Assembly: GCF_022539665.2 (NCBI RefSeq)
Contig: NC_081332.1
Location: 2,790,001 to 2,854,000, forward strand
Source: Daphnia carinata
Lineage: Eukaryota
Direction: 5' to 3'
DNA length: 64,000 bases
Part shown: positions 1 through 12,188 of the stretch, piece by piece
Numbering within the stretch: the first letter of the stretch is position 1
Layout of the letters: every line of letters begins with the position of its first letter
Program-made: the position numbers and the translations under genes
Notes under the pieces: model-generated
The model's database searches: none
Told to the model about the DNA's origin: nothing
What the model saw: the letters and a program-made list of their open reading frames with translations, nothing else

Positions 1-2808
1 TCTAGCATAATCGAAAGTAAAAAAGGCGAATATCTCAAACAAATGAAACGTTGGGATCAGATGATGGATTATACCGAAGAGCTTTTACGTTCAAATCCTG
101 ATCAATGGAGCTATTACGTCCATTATGCAGAAACTTTGTTTGAAATTTCATCTCAAGACGTGACCGTAGTTGATCGGGCGAAAACGTTTTTGTTCTCGTT
201 ACTGGAGCAAGAAAGAATGAAATCGGCTAATAAATTAAGGGGTCCGTACCTGGCAATGCTGTATTTTTGGCAGCAACTTCAACAGCGAAATTTCGATGCC
301 TCCGCCGTTTTTGGTATTTCTTTCTATCCATTTGATAAAGTTTGGTTGAACATGGATGTTGCAAAATTAATTTATCATAACTTGTTTGTAGGGAACTTCA
401 AGGAGTTTGCGCAGGAGTATGTGGAAATTATGGGAGACAAACCATGCGCTTTCCAGGATCTCAAACCATTCATTAGAAGCTTACCAGCAGACCAAGTTAC
501 TGAGTTTCTCGATTGCGTTAATCAATCTGTCGGCTTGGACGACCCAAGTCGTCAGTCACCTAAAACGGTAATAGTTCGTAATAACAAAAAGGATAATACA
601 AACTATTGTTTTTCTTTAAGGTTAAGCAAATCTGTCGGCATTTGCTGCAACTTCAACTCAATCGCTTTCTCGGGCAACATGATCTATTAGGTAAAGAGGA
701 GAAAACTCAACTGTCTCGTGAATTATGGGACCACTATCTACGAACCAAATTTTTAAATGTTGGCCTATTAACGACGGATATCAGGTAATTTCTTTCGGTT
801 ATTTTAAATTACATAATTTCAACGCTACTTTATTTGTTTTTAAACGAGTAGACCAAATGATGGATATGCCTTACTGGCGGCCCACCTTTTGTTAGATACG
901 TGGAATAATGATCCCGATGTTCTTGAAAAGTGCCTGTTGTTGCTGGAAATGGCCCTTGCCAATAGTCCGGCCAATTATCACCTCAAGTTGCTCGTCACGA
1001 GAGTTTACACACTAGCTGGTAAACACATAATAGTTGTGGCAAATTTCTATGCGTCGATTATTTGTAACCAATGCCTCTAAAGGTCACGGACGAGCAGCTT
1101 TCCAGCGTTACGAGACGTTAGATATTAAATACATCCAATTGGATTCCCTCGGCCATTTGCTCTGTCGACCTCTACTTTCGATGGGATTACCATATACAGC
1201 TTCGCCACTTTTGTCTAGCACATTACGTTTTTACACCACACACGCCAGAGAAGTATTGACACTCATATTATTTATTTAGAAAATAGTTCTTGAATGTCCT
1301 GGTTGTTTCTTACTGAACAGACATCTGAATGCCTGATCTCGGCCTATAAATTTGGCTCTTTCGGGAAGATTCCCGAGTTCACTCAATTCTGCCAGCGGCT
1401 TGACAGCTCGGCCCACTTTGCTTCGGTCACCGCTGAGCGCATGTTGCTTGATTTGCTCCTTGAGAGCAACTCGCATACTAAATTAGTGCAGATGGCAGGA
1501 GGCATGTTCGCCGATCCTGACAAGGATCAACCTGACTGGCAAGCCTGCGTCGATAATCGCGATTGCGGTGTTTTTGTCTCCTGGGAGCCACCGTCCAAGT
1601 ATTGAACAAAGCAAACCAAGTTTGAATAATTTAATATTTTACTCTGATCGCTGTTCTTGTTTGCAATTCCTAACAGAAATTCGCACGATGATATCGTGAA
1701 GACAACGTTTAACGACGAAGTGAAATTCGCTCGGCTACGCAATCGTCTTGTTCACGCCCTTATTGCCACTGTTGCGCTCTCGCCGATTTGGCAGGTTGAA
1801 CATTTTATGCTTTGTCGTTAGTTTTACTAAACAAGCTGCTAGCAAACTGTTGATTTTTCCAGATTGAAGTTCAAGAAACGAAAAGTAGAACGGAAAACTT
1901 GAACAATGATCAAATAGCAGAACACCCGAGGGATAAGTGTATTTTACCTAAACTGCTTCAAGAACTTGGAATTTTGTTAACTGAGTTGAAATCAGAGTCG
2001 TTGATGAGCCATAGTCAGGTAAAAAGGGAATTAAAGTCATACACTACATTTGGTTTGACGATTAAACTTTGCCCGTAGTTCTCCGTGCAAAGTCCACCAC
2101 CTCCAAAAGGCTTTATTCCTACGTTGAGAACGGTTCTCTAGAACCGATTTTGATTTTGATGGATATAGTCTCAAAGGGCCAATGTCACGCGATTGGTAAC
2201 GATGAAATCCGACAGCTTGATAATGCCCTCAACCGCGTTGTTGACTCTGCTCAGCTGTCCGTCGCCAGCGAGGGTTTCTGGAGGAATTATGTCCGACTTG
2301 AGAGAGTTTACAATGCAGTCGAGGTAAAGATTTGCTTGACTGATTGTAAGAGATGAAAAATAATGGATTTCTTTCAATTTACAGACATTATGTTTGTGTG
2401 TGCTGGTCACTTCTACTATTCATGCCATAATCAAAAATAACAATGCATTAAGCAAAAAAAAGAAAAAAAAAGGTGAAGCGGATAATGGCGATTCATTGAA
2501 CAGAGTATGTACCACAAATTTCCCGTTCGTGGAAGTCAGAACTTAAATCCAACTTAATAATTCAGGTAAAGCAATTTTCGACCTTGGTAAGCTGTGTAAC
2601 GTCTAACATGAAAAAGATGGAAGCTCTTATTGACGAGTTAAGCGTCCAAGTGGGTGTCAGCCAGATGAAATTAACAGAATCAGATAACGAAAAAGCAGTA
2701 CATGCGATCACAGATGAAATAAACAAGAACTTGAGTCAGTCCCCCGTTTCAGAAGTGAAGAATCTAATGGTGGAAAAGTTTAAGTTGTTAGAGACATGCA
2801 ACCTGTAA
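1..2808 (+). CDS. NAA25: NatB N-acetyltransferase auxiliary subunit NAA25/psidin, copy A (5' part outside window; multi-exon)
   Basis: Spliced exons give motifs typical of NAA25/MDM20: LRGPYLA, KPCAFQDLK, NSPANYHLKLL, LDIKYIQLDSLGH, AYKFGSFGKIPEF...ERMLLDLLLE. Stop TAA at 2806-2808. Apparent +2 homopolymer frameshift near 2105 relative to copy B. Confidence 0.9.
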
Positions 2809-2904
2809 TGCGAAATACAATTTTCGTTGCATTGCTTTCCACGAGTTTGATATTCCTTTTTTTACGGATATGTGAATGCATAGTCTTCTCGACTAATGCG
2901 AGCC

Positions 2905-3050
2905 TTACCATATAAGCTCAAAAACTATAGACTCTACATAAAAACAACTTCCATTTTCGCGTTCCTTGGTTAATTTTGAATCAGAATCATATATTATCTA
3001 GATTTAATTATATTATTTTTTAATAGGACAAAATTTTAAGCCCGACAATA
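2905..3050 (-). repeat. Diverged monomer of the 180-bp repeat family (also at 35478-35620)
   Basis: ctcaaaaactatagactctacataaaaac...atcatatattatctag aligns to the reverse complement of the 11390-12188 unit; carries aagcccgac. Confidence 0.7.
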
Positions 3051-4005
3051 TAAGGCCGGCTTTCTGTTTTTTTTCCCTTTAATTCAAAAACTATAACGCC
3101 AATTAAAAAATATTCCATTCCATTCTGCATCGAAAACATGTATTTTAAGCCAAATTTGAAATTTGGCACAAAATTAAAAAAATGAGAAGGCTATAGCCTT
3201 CTACAATACTACAAATAATAACAATGAAAATTCACATAGGTAACGTTGATTTGCCAACGCCATCTCGGAGTAACATGAGTAGCATTTGCAGGCGTTACTA
3301 CTGGTATACTTCATAACAGAAGCGTACTGGCGGTTTAGTACTGAACAGTCAGAACTTACAGTCCATCATATTCCATATGGTCATCTTATTCTTTGTTTAT
3401 TTATTACTTATATTCCAATCAGAACTAATTTAATTGCTTAAATTCAATTCACGAAACGTTGATTTGGGGCTTACATGTAAAAATTTTACAATAGGCCGTT
3501 GTTTGTAACAATTCCGCCTATTGGGCTTCTTCTCTTCTCATTGCCAGTGAACGGCCAATCATCAACGACCTTTTGTGTACTGAACAACAGGCGTCTGCAA
3601 AATTCCATGCGATGTGGAACATAGAAAGTGCTCATGTTGGAGCTGTAAAAATCCGTAACAATAATTTCTCATTTTTTTTTTTTTTTTTTCGTTATGCAAG
3701 TGAGCATAGATTTTTATCTTTTACCACGTTTCTGAACTGTTGGTATATTGGTATGCAAGATGAAACTTAATTGAAAACACTTTCTACTGTGTTTCCGATG
3801 CTTGTTCCAGTGTCTTCAGTTGACCCCTAGAATCCGGGAATTAGTCACGCACATCTAATCTGACTTAAACCTTTCAGGTTGCGTGAAGGATATTACGAAA
3901 AAGAGTTAACTTTCGCCGTAGCCTTCCTAATCCAAGTGATTTTTGTCATGCCTGAAATAATGAAGGAAAAAAGTGTCAAATCAGGCTTCATCTCCACTCA
4001 GTGAC

Positions 4006-4409
4006 ATGGACACTGAAGAATATATTGTTGGGAAAATCTGAGGTTAGTTTGGAAATTTATCTAAATTGAATATGTTAATATAAATTTACCGTCTTGTGAT
4101 TATAACAGAATCTGAAATATCATATTAGGAGAAGGATGGTGAAGTTGGGTATTTGCTGATAGGGATAGGGGTTGAATGAGAATCCTGAAAACAAGCTAAG
4201 CCAAGAGAAGAAAATTGTGAAGAAAAAAGAACTAAAGCACAGGTTTGTTTCAAATTCTTAACTAGAAGCTATGAACAGCAAGATGTTGTCAGTAAATCTA
4301 TAGTTTCTACATGTCATTATGGATGCCCAGTCTTCCAACAGGATTTGATCGAAATTTAGAGGCGGAGACAATTTTAGGAGTGAGAGATGACGGTAACGTA
4401 ACTATATAG
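4006..4409 (+). pseudogene. Decayed HP1/CBX-like gene (chromodomain + start of chromo-shadow domain)
   Basis: Three exon-like pieces: MDTEEYIVGKI*, KDGEVGYLLIGIG..KPREENC (cf. KVEYLLKWKG..PEENLDC) and LPTGFDRNLEAETILGVRDDGN (cf. HP1 chromo-shadow TGFDRGLEAEKILGASD). Several in-frame stops. Confidence 0.75.
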
Positions 4410-4736
4410 GTAACCGTTTTGTTTTTGTGTTCTATTAAAACTTCCCCCTGTCATTTTCAAGCAGTTTTTTTTTTGTTTTTAGATAGTTGTACGGATGTGT
4501 AAAGAATGGTGGTTGCAGGTCATGAGAGCCATTCCTTTAGACAATACCTTTCCATTTTTATTGCTTTAATTTTTGTCATTTTAGCCGCTGAATGTAGCTG
4601 GAACAGAACGGATTGGAATTTTAACGTCAAGACATCGGGCTGGTTGGACGATTAAACATCCCTCTGCGGGGACACAGACATTGTGTCTAGTTTTTATCTG
4701 TAGATAATTTTGGGATAACAACTTTGCCACGAATAC

Positions 4737-5700
4737 TGTGACTTTGATAACTAGCAGTTGAACAGCCTTTCAATTCCAAACAAAAGGAGTCATGGTAATT
4801 GTATGTTTTGTATACATCTCTGTATAAACTATCACATATCTAGATTACTCAATTGACATGACACTCTATATGGCTGGCATTGGAGTAGATAATGCTGTTC
4901 GTTTGCAGAATATGTCACTGAGAAGGGCTTCTATTATGGTAGGAGTATCATGTTTTACTACAGGCTGACCAGAATTACAAACACATTGATTGAAAACTAT
5001 CATCAATTTCAACAATTGGTAAGTGAAATAATAATAGTAATAATATGAAATTGTAATAATATTCTAATGGTAAGTAAATACTTTGGAATTATTGTTGGGA
5101 AAGAGTGACAATATTTATAATATAAATTATTTTTTTTTTAACAGGTTAAAAACCATTTTCTAGGCTGTTTATGGTAAAGTATATTATATATAGCTATGAA
5201 TTCATGTTATCCCAACGAATTGAAAATAATTGTACTAATTTTTATCTACATTTGTCGAAGCTTTGTAAACCATAGGTTCCTATGGACATATATATACACA
5301 TAGACTAACACTGTAACTTCGATAATTAACAGTTGAACAGCCTTTCAATTTCAAACAATAAGGAGTTATGGTAATTGTATGATTTGTACACATTTCTACA
5401 TAACATATCACTTATCTAGATTAACTCATTGAAATGACACTTTATATGGCTGGTGTCTGAGTAATGCTGCTCAAAGTATTGTGTTTTAGGATAGACTGAT
5501 CAGAATCCTACATTGTAAACTACAGTATGGTAAATATTATGTATTTCATTAGATTCATGTGTGCTGAGGATAATTCAATAGTAATAGTAATGGGAAGAAA
5601 TGATAGGTTAGTAAAATTATTTTCCAACCTATTTATGGTAAGACATATTGTGTATCAATTATGAATGTTTATTAGCCCACCTAATTGAAAATAATTGTAC
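4737..5700 (+). repeat. Old diverged direct duplication, period ~575 bp
   Basis: gttgaacagcctttcaatt...atggtaattgtatg...tctagatt...tatatggctgg recurs at ~4757 and ~5332; ttgaaaataattgtact recurs at ~5220 and ~5685. Confidence 0.85.
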
Positions 5701-7348
5701 TTTTTACTTTGTTTAATTGTACTTTGCTTTGCTTATTTGTTAGTGATCAGAATTATTTTTTGGGTTAGTGTAACATTAAATAATTTAATAGTTATTCAAA
5801 GTCGAACAGTTGAAATATCAAGTAGATTCACATATGCAGGGCATACGTTAAAATAGTGTTTTGCAGGTACAAGAATTACACATACATATTTAAACTTTAT
5901 TGATAAGATTTTCGATGTTTAATAATTTCTATTTACATTCAGAAGTATCCGGTTAGTAATGTGAATTAAAGGACATGACTATATGATGAATACCAGCAGT
6001 GATGAAACCTAAGAGTAGCAACAAACATAAAGTATGGTACTATAAATTTTTTAATTAATTAGTGGTACTTAACAAATTTCAATACCTCATTTGAATCAGT
6101 TTGAAAGGCAGCCAGAGTAAACACGCCAGCACCTACTCACACATGGATTGAAAGGGTCGTTCCTAAAAGAAATGGAATGCTATTGGTAACAGTTTGATTT
6201 AATTAAGAATTAGTTTACTAACATAGATTTAGAACTAATTTAATTGAAGTAGAGATATCCTCTAACTTTCTACAATTAAAGAAGACAATGAAGCTAGTTA
6301 GCATAAATTCAACTTACCTGATAAGCGAATCGATCGACGATGGTGATATAGTTGTGGTATATTTGTAGAAGCAAGACTCCGTACGAATGTGAATATCTAG
6401 CGTCTAGACGACGCCTTAAATACTCGCAGACACGTGTCACATTATTGCTTTCCCGGAAGTAGAGCGTAGGGTAGAGGGACCTAATTCTGAAGGTCGATAG
6501 GTTGAAGGGCAAATTTTTATTTCCAGGTGAGCCCGAGGTTATAGCCATTCCCCATCGATTGACCCTAGGTTACTTGGTTTTTTTTATTTTCTTTTCTTTT
6601 TTTTTTTTTTTGCATTTTTCTTGTTTCTTTCCAAGTGCCTAAAACAGATGAAGAACCTCGGGCATACACAAAAAAGGCGAGGGGAGGGGGGATGAAGCAA
6701 AAAAGAAGCTAGAAGCTCAGTAGCTCAGTAGCTCTTTCACCTGCACGCGGTGCACTAGTGTACATTTGTTGCTTGAAATCCACGTCTAATTATTCTTAGA
6801 ACTTTCGCACGTGCAGCCAGCTTTCGCAATTTGTAGATTCATCAACTACGCATCAATAACGCACTGCATCAGCACCTGGGTTAGCCTCTGCACTGGACTT
6901 GTTTAGTTGGGTAGTACGATAAGTCTAGATGAAATAGATAAACGTAGATTAAGTTAAGGATTAGTAGGTCTAAAGTTAAGTTAAGAGTAAGGCTACTTTA
7001 AGTAAGGCGTAAGCGTAGTCCACCTCAATATGTTACCTTTGCACAACACTATCTCAGCCACTTTCTTTCACTTTTTTATGCAATTATGAACCGTAGTCGT
7101 TGTTCGCAAACCATTTGCTTACTAAAAATCGTACATTTCAACTTTTTCACACAATTTCCACATGAACTGCCAATCCAAACAACCTCCTGATCATTATCGA
7201 ACGATTAATAACCAATTTATTTTCAGGAAATTTTTATCCAATGTAACTGTAATTTGTGTATCTGATCCTGTTAGAATTAAGATGACACTTATTGCTGATG
7301 AAATATTCAAAAGAAAAATGTTTTTTTTTTTCTCTTTTGTACAATCAG

Positions 7349-9065
7349 GAGGGTAATCTCTGGGGCCGAAGAGGACACTGGACAATGAGGATCGCCGTCG
7401 CAGCCACTCTAATATAGCCAAGGATTTTGAGGTATTTATTTAAAAATTCAGTATCTAACCATTTATTTTTATTTATTTATACCGATCTGGAAGGCAACAT
7501 CTCTACCGAAGAGGACCTTTGGACAACGGCAGGATATCCGCCCAAAATTCCAAGGTATTTCAAAAATTGAAGTTCCTTACCATGTTCATTGTATTAATCT
7601 GTGTATAGGAGGGCTGGCAACACTACCGAGAAGGATTACTCGACGTCAGGGGATCGCCGCCGAAGTCGCCAACAATTGCCAGGTATAACTTAAATAATTG
7701 TAAGTGTTTAATCGTGTTTTTTTTTTTATGTATTTAGGATGGTCCACATCAACACCGCGGTGGGCTACTGGACAACGAGGTTCGCTGTCGGAGCCACCAG
7801 GAACAGTCGCCAAAAATTGTGAAGTATTTATTTGAAAGTCTTAGGTTGTGAACTATGATTTTATTTTTTTTATGTATTTAGGAGGGCTTCACCGCCATCG
7901 AAGAGGATGGTGGACATCGAGGATTGTTGCTGGAGTAAGAAGATGGTCGCAATGGATGTATCAGGTATATGTTATACACGTTAAGTAATCGTGTTTTTAT
8001 TTATATATTTAGGATGGTCCAGATCACCATCGAAGAGGGCAACTGGATAGTGACGCTCGCCGACGGAACGTTAAGTTATCAAGTATTTCATTGAAAGTTT
8101 AACCATCATTTCATTCACCGTTAGTTTATTTTGTTTTTTTTTATGTGTTCAGGAGGGTGTCATCATTGCCGAAGATGACCACTCGACAACGTGGTTCGCC
8201 GTCGTATCCACCAGGATTATCGCCCAAACTTGTCAAGTATTTAATTGAAAGTTGTATGTTTTACACCATTTTATTTTGTTTTTGTATGTATTTAGGAGGG
8301 CTCCACCACCATCGAAGAGCATACTGAGCATCGAGGATCGCCGCTGTAGCGACGAGATTGTCGGCACGGGTATTGAGGTTTTTTTAAAATACGTCTAAGT
8401 GTTAAATCACGTGTTTTGTTTTTTTATGTATCCGAGAGGGCTTCACCACCACCAAAGAGGACGCTGGAGCATCGATATCGTACCGTGGATGTTTCAGGTA
8501 CATCATTTACTCGTTTAATTGTGTATTCATGTTTTTGTTTTGTAATTAGAAGGGTTCCATCACTAGACAACGAGGTTCGCCGTCGGAGCTACAAGGATCG
8601 TCGCCCAATATTGTCAAGTATTTCATTGAAAGTTTTACGTCTTACACCATTAATTTATTTTGTTTTTTATGTGTTTACGAGGGCGCCATCGTCGCCGAAG
8701 AGGAACATTGGGCAGCGTGGTTCGCCGTGGGAGTCACCGGTATTGTCACACAAAATCGTCAGGTATTTCATTCAAAGTTATAAGTTTTACACTATGATCT
8801 CATCTTGTTTTAATGTATTTAGGAGGCCCGCATCACCATCTGAGAGGATGCTGGACATCGAGGATCGCCGGTGGAGCAACGAGATTGTCGCAATGGATGT
8901 TTCAGGTATATTTCTTTACATGTTTATTTGCCTAACCATATTTTTTTTATGTATTTAGGAGGGATCCGTCGTCGCTGAATAGGACTACCGGACGTCGTGG
9001 AGTGTCGTTGGAGCAACGGAAATCGCCGCCTATTCCGTCGGACACGCCCATTAGGTCGATGGGGG
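7349..9065 (+). repeat. 13-unit exon/intron-like tandem array (~115-145 bp units) encoding RxxSxPKR/RGSP-type peptides; degenerate
   Basis: Units start ~7349, 7490, 7608, 7737, 7881, 8012, 8152, 8295, 8436, 8549, 8679, 8822, 8958. Each is tttag|GAGGG... a GC-rich 70-90 nt segment ...AG|gtattt followed by an AT-rich spacer. Some acceptors are mutated. Confidence 0.85.
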
Positions 9066-11389
9066 GAAAAAAATAGTACGGTTGAGTATTGCCTAATAGG
9101 CATTTTTCTACTTTATTCCATGTTACTCGTGTGTTTTACAAATGTGTTGCTCTTGTCCTTTGTTCCTTACCGTTATTTTTCCTTACGCATTACAGCTTAT
9201 AGTTTTAACTCTCACTTAGCAAGCAAATTCACTGCACCTGTACCCCACGGTTCACTCACGGTTTGTTTGCATTTTTGCACCGGGTTGGGATTAGCGAATC
9301 AGGTAATGTAGGCCTGCTTACATTGGCTTCAGGCCAAGCATTTAGTTGGTACAGGTTACTAACACTTACTACTTCTAAAAAAAAAAATAAAAAAAAAAAA
9401 TCTATTTTATGTCTGCATACTCTTCTTTTTGAGTATGGTTTAGTGGCTTGAGTAACATATAAATAAAATAATAATCGCGTGCGACCGGGTTGTAAACCTC
9501 GATTTGACAACCCGACAAAAACGTGATGGGGCAGTAACCCTTTCAACCTGTCCCGTAGGCAAGAATGAACAACCCGCTGAACAAGAAACCGGTTCGAGCG
9601 ATACGGGTTTGTGGGGCTGATTGGTCTCAGTTTTACTCAACGAAATGGATGTGTTGCAACGCTGTCTCAAACGTCTGCACCGGAGTCCTTACCTCAGTTT
9701 TTTCTGAGTGCAGAAAGTTATTCAAACCAAGGATACAGGTACATATTTGACAATTTCTCGATTCTTTATTTAGCATTTAATTCAGCTTTGTTTGTTTTAG
9801 AATATAAAAGACTTGAAGCGAACGGGAAGATATAGCAGAATTAAACACAATTCACGAGGACTGGCCGCAGGGTTAAAATGGTACTGAGGTATAGTTCAGC
9901 ATGCGACTATACAATACTAATATGTAAAGCCTTGACCACAGAAAACAACGGAATCTTAGAAATCCTCCTTGATCGCGGAATTCAGACCAGAATCGTGAGT
10001 TGCATTTCATTTAATTCATTTCATTTAAAAAAAAAATAAGCTCAGTAGCTGGTTTACCTGCAAACGATATTCATTAATGTAGATCATCGCGGCAAAAGAT
10101 GGTGTAGTGATTCAGAGAATTTTCATACGCCCATGTAGTTTTCGTCTACAAGTTGGATATGTTCTTTTTTTTTGTGTACAAACTGGCTAGAATGACAAAG
10201 CTGTTAAATGAACTAGTAATTTGTATATTGGAAAGTGGGGCATACTATGCTGGATTTAAAATTAATGCTCAACGAAGAAAGATATTAGGGAAAGATTATT
10301 AAGAAAGGAAATTATTCACAAAATATATCTTTCTGATTGGGTTTATTTAATACACCAGCCCAGGGGAAAGGAAATGATATTGCTAAAAATAATACAAATA
10401 ATCGATGGAAAATATATAGCACTTCTAACGAGTGGGATGGGGGATATTGGTACTTAATTAATTGTTGACTGTGATTATTGATTAATGATAAGTATATAGT
10501 TACGTCATTTCGCTGTTTAATAGTTGAACCATATAAATCGGTATTTTAAAAATTATAGGTGTTTAGCTTATTGGAAATGTATTACAAATTAAATATGACG
10601 AACGTTAATAGTAATGACGCTTAATATTAAATTGACGTAATTTTATGAATACTAATCGCCTCCAAAACAAATCATCGCTTGTGTTCAGGTTGCGTGTCCG
10701 ATAAAAATGAACATGGAGTTAATAAAAAACAGCTTATTACTCGCTACACAAATTGTGATCCAACGGGCGGTTTTACTAAAGAAATTAGATGTTTTACAAC
10801 GCTGTTAAACATGTTTCACATAAAGCTACTGAATCCTATCCGTGACATTGCAGAAAGTTGTTAAACTGTGGCAAAACTTGTACTAAGGTTTAACATTGCA
10901 TAACTCTGTCAAAATGTAATGTTATAATATCAGTAAAAAAAATTAAACTTATCTTGCAACAAATGAAACTGTGTGATGTTAACAAATGTACACTGTCTTG
11001 TGCAAAAGAAACTCTTCATAGAAAAACTGGGTGATAAAAACTTAAGTTCTTGTATGTAGTACTTGTAAATTTTTCACAGGTCAATGGCAGGGGTCTTATT
11101 CACTGTCTGATGAATTTAACTTTAAACAAGATATTGCTTTTGATTACCTCTGCTGGTAACTTTTATATTCCTAGTTAAGATATGGCTTTCATCAAAAAGG
11201 GTTGAAACTAACATCTAACTTTTTTTTTTCTTCTTCTCCAAAGAGCTGCTTAGGAAGTTAGCTAGAGTGACGAAGATGTGTCATCACAGCAGAATAAGTG
11301 TAAAAAGCAAGTTGTTCAGCAAAATGAGTGCCTTGCATTATTTACCACTATTTTACGATATTGAGCTGATGATACCTGGTAAACCTGCA

Positions 11390-12188
11390 ATTTGTTTTTA
11401 TGTAGACTTCATGGTTTTTGAGTTATGTCCAAAATAAAAGTAGGTACGATAGAAATTTAAGGCCCGAAAAAACAATAAGCCCGACTTTTAACTAAAAAAT
11501 TATTATCAATAAAACTAGATAATTATACATGATTTAGATGCTAAATTTAACAAGAATCACGAATATGAAATTAGTTTTTATGTAGACTTTATGGTTTTTG
11601 AGTTATTTTAAATATAAAAGTAGGTACGATAGAAATTTAAGGCCCGAACAAACAATAAGCCCGACTTTTAACTAAAAAAATATTATCAATAAAATTAGAA
11701 AACTATATATGATTTAGATGCTAAATTTAACAAGAATCACGAATATGAAATTCGTTTTTATGTAGAATTTATGGTTTTTGAGTTATTTTAAATATAAAAG
11801 TAGGTACGATAGACATTTAAGGCCCGAAAAAACAATAAGCCCGACTTTTAGTTAAAAAATTATTAACGATAAAACTAGATAACTATATGTGATTTAGATG
11901 CTAAATTTAACAAGAATCACGAATATGAAATTAGTTTTTATGTAGACTTAATGGTTTTTGAGTTATTTTAAATATAAAAGTAGGTACGATAGAAATTTAA
12001 GGCCCGAAAAAAACAATAAGCCCGACTTTTAACTAAAAAAATATTATCAATAAAATTAGAAAACTATATATGATTTAGATGCTAAATTTAACAAGAATCA
12101 CGAATATGAAATTCCTTTTTTTGTAGAATTTATGGTTTTTGAGTTATTTTAAATATAAAAGTAGGTACGATAGACATTTAAGGCCCGA
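11390..12188 (+). repeat. 180-bp tandem repeat (~4.4 units) with dimeric substructure
   Basis: tgtaga(c/a)tt recurs at 11401, 11581, 11761, 11941 and 12122. Units 1/3 have aaactagata and gaaattag; units 2/4 have aaattagaaa and gaaattc. Confidence 0.95.

Larger units (their letters stand above)
1..11073 (+). repeat. Direct segmental duplication, copy A of 32576-43642
   Basis: Near-identical sequence at offset ~32575 (ORF track duplicated). Homology stops at ...cttgtaaatttt (11073 vs 43642). Confidence 0.97.

Noticed and set aside
6309..6450. Integrase-like motif YITIVDRF on the minus strand
   Set aside because: Only a short resemblance, followed by a splice donor; no other DDE or retroelement motifs.
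7349..9065. CRISPR array
   Set aside because: Both halves of each unit are homologous between units, boundaries are splice signals, there are no cas genes, and the context is eukaryotic.
9878..9995. Ankyrin-like ALTTENNGILEILLDRG
   Set aside because: Single weak match amid stop codons; not supportable.
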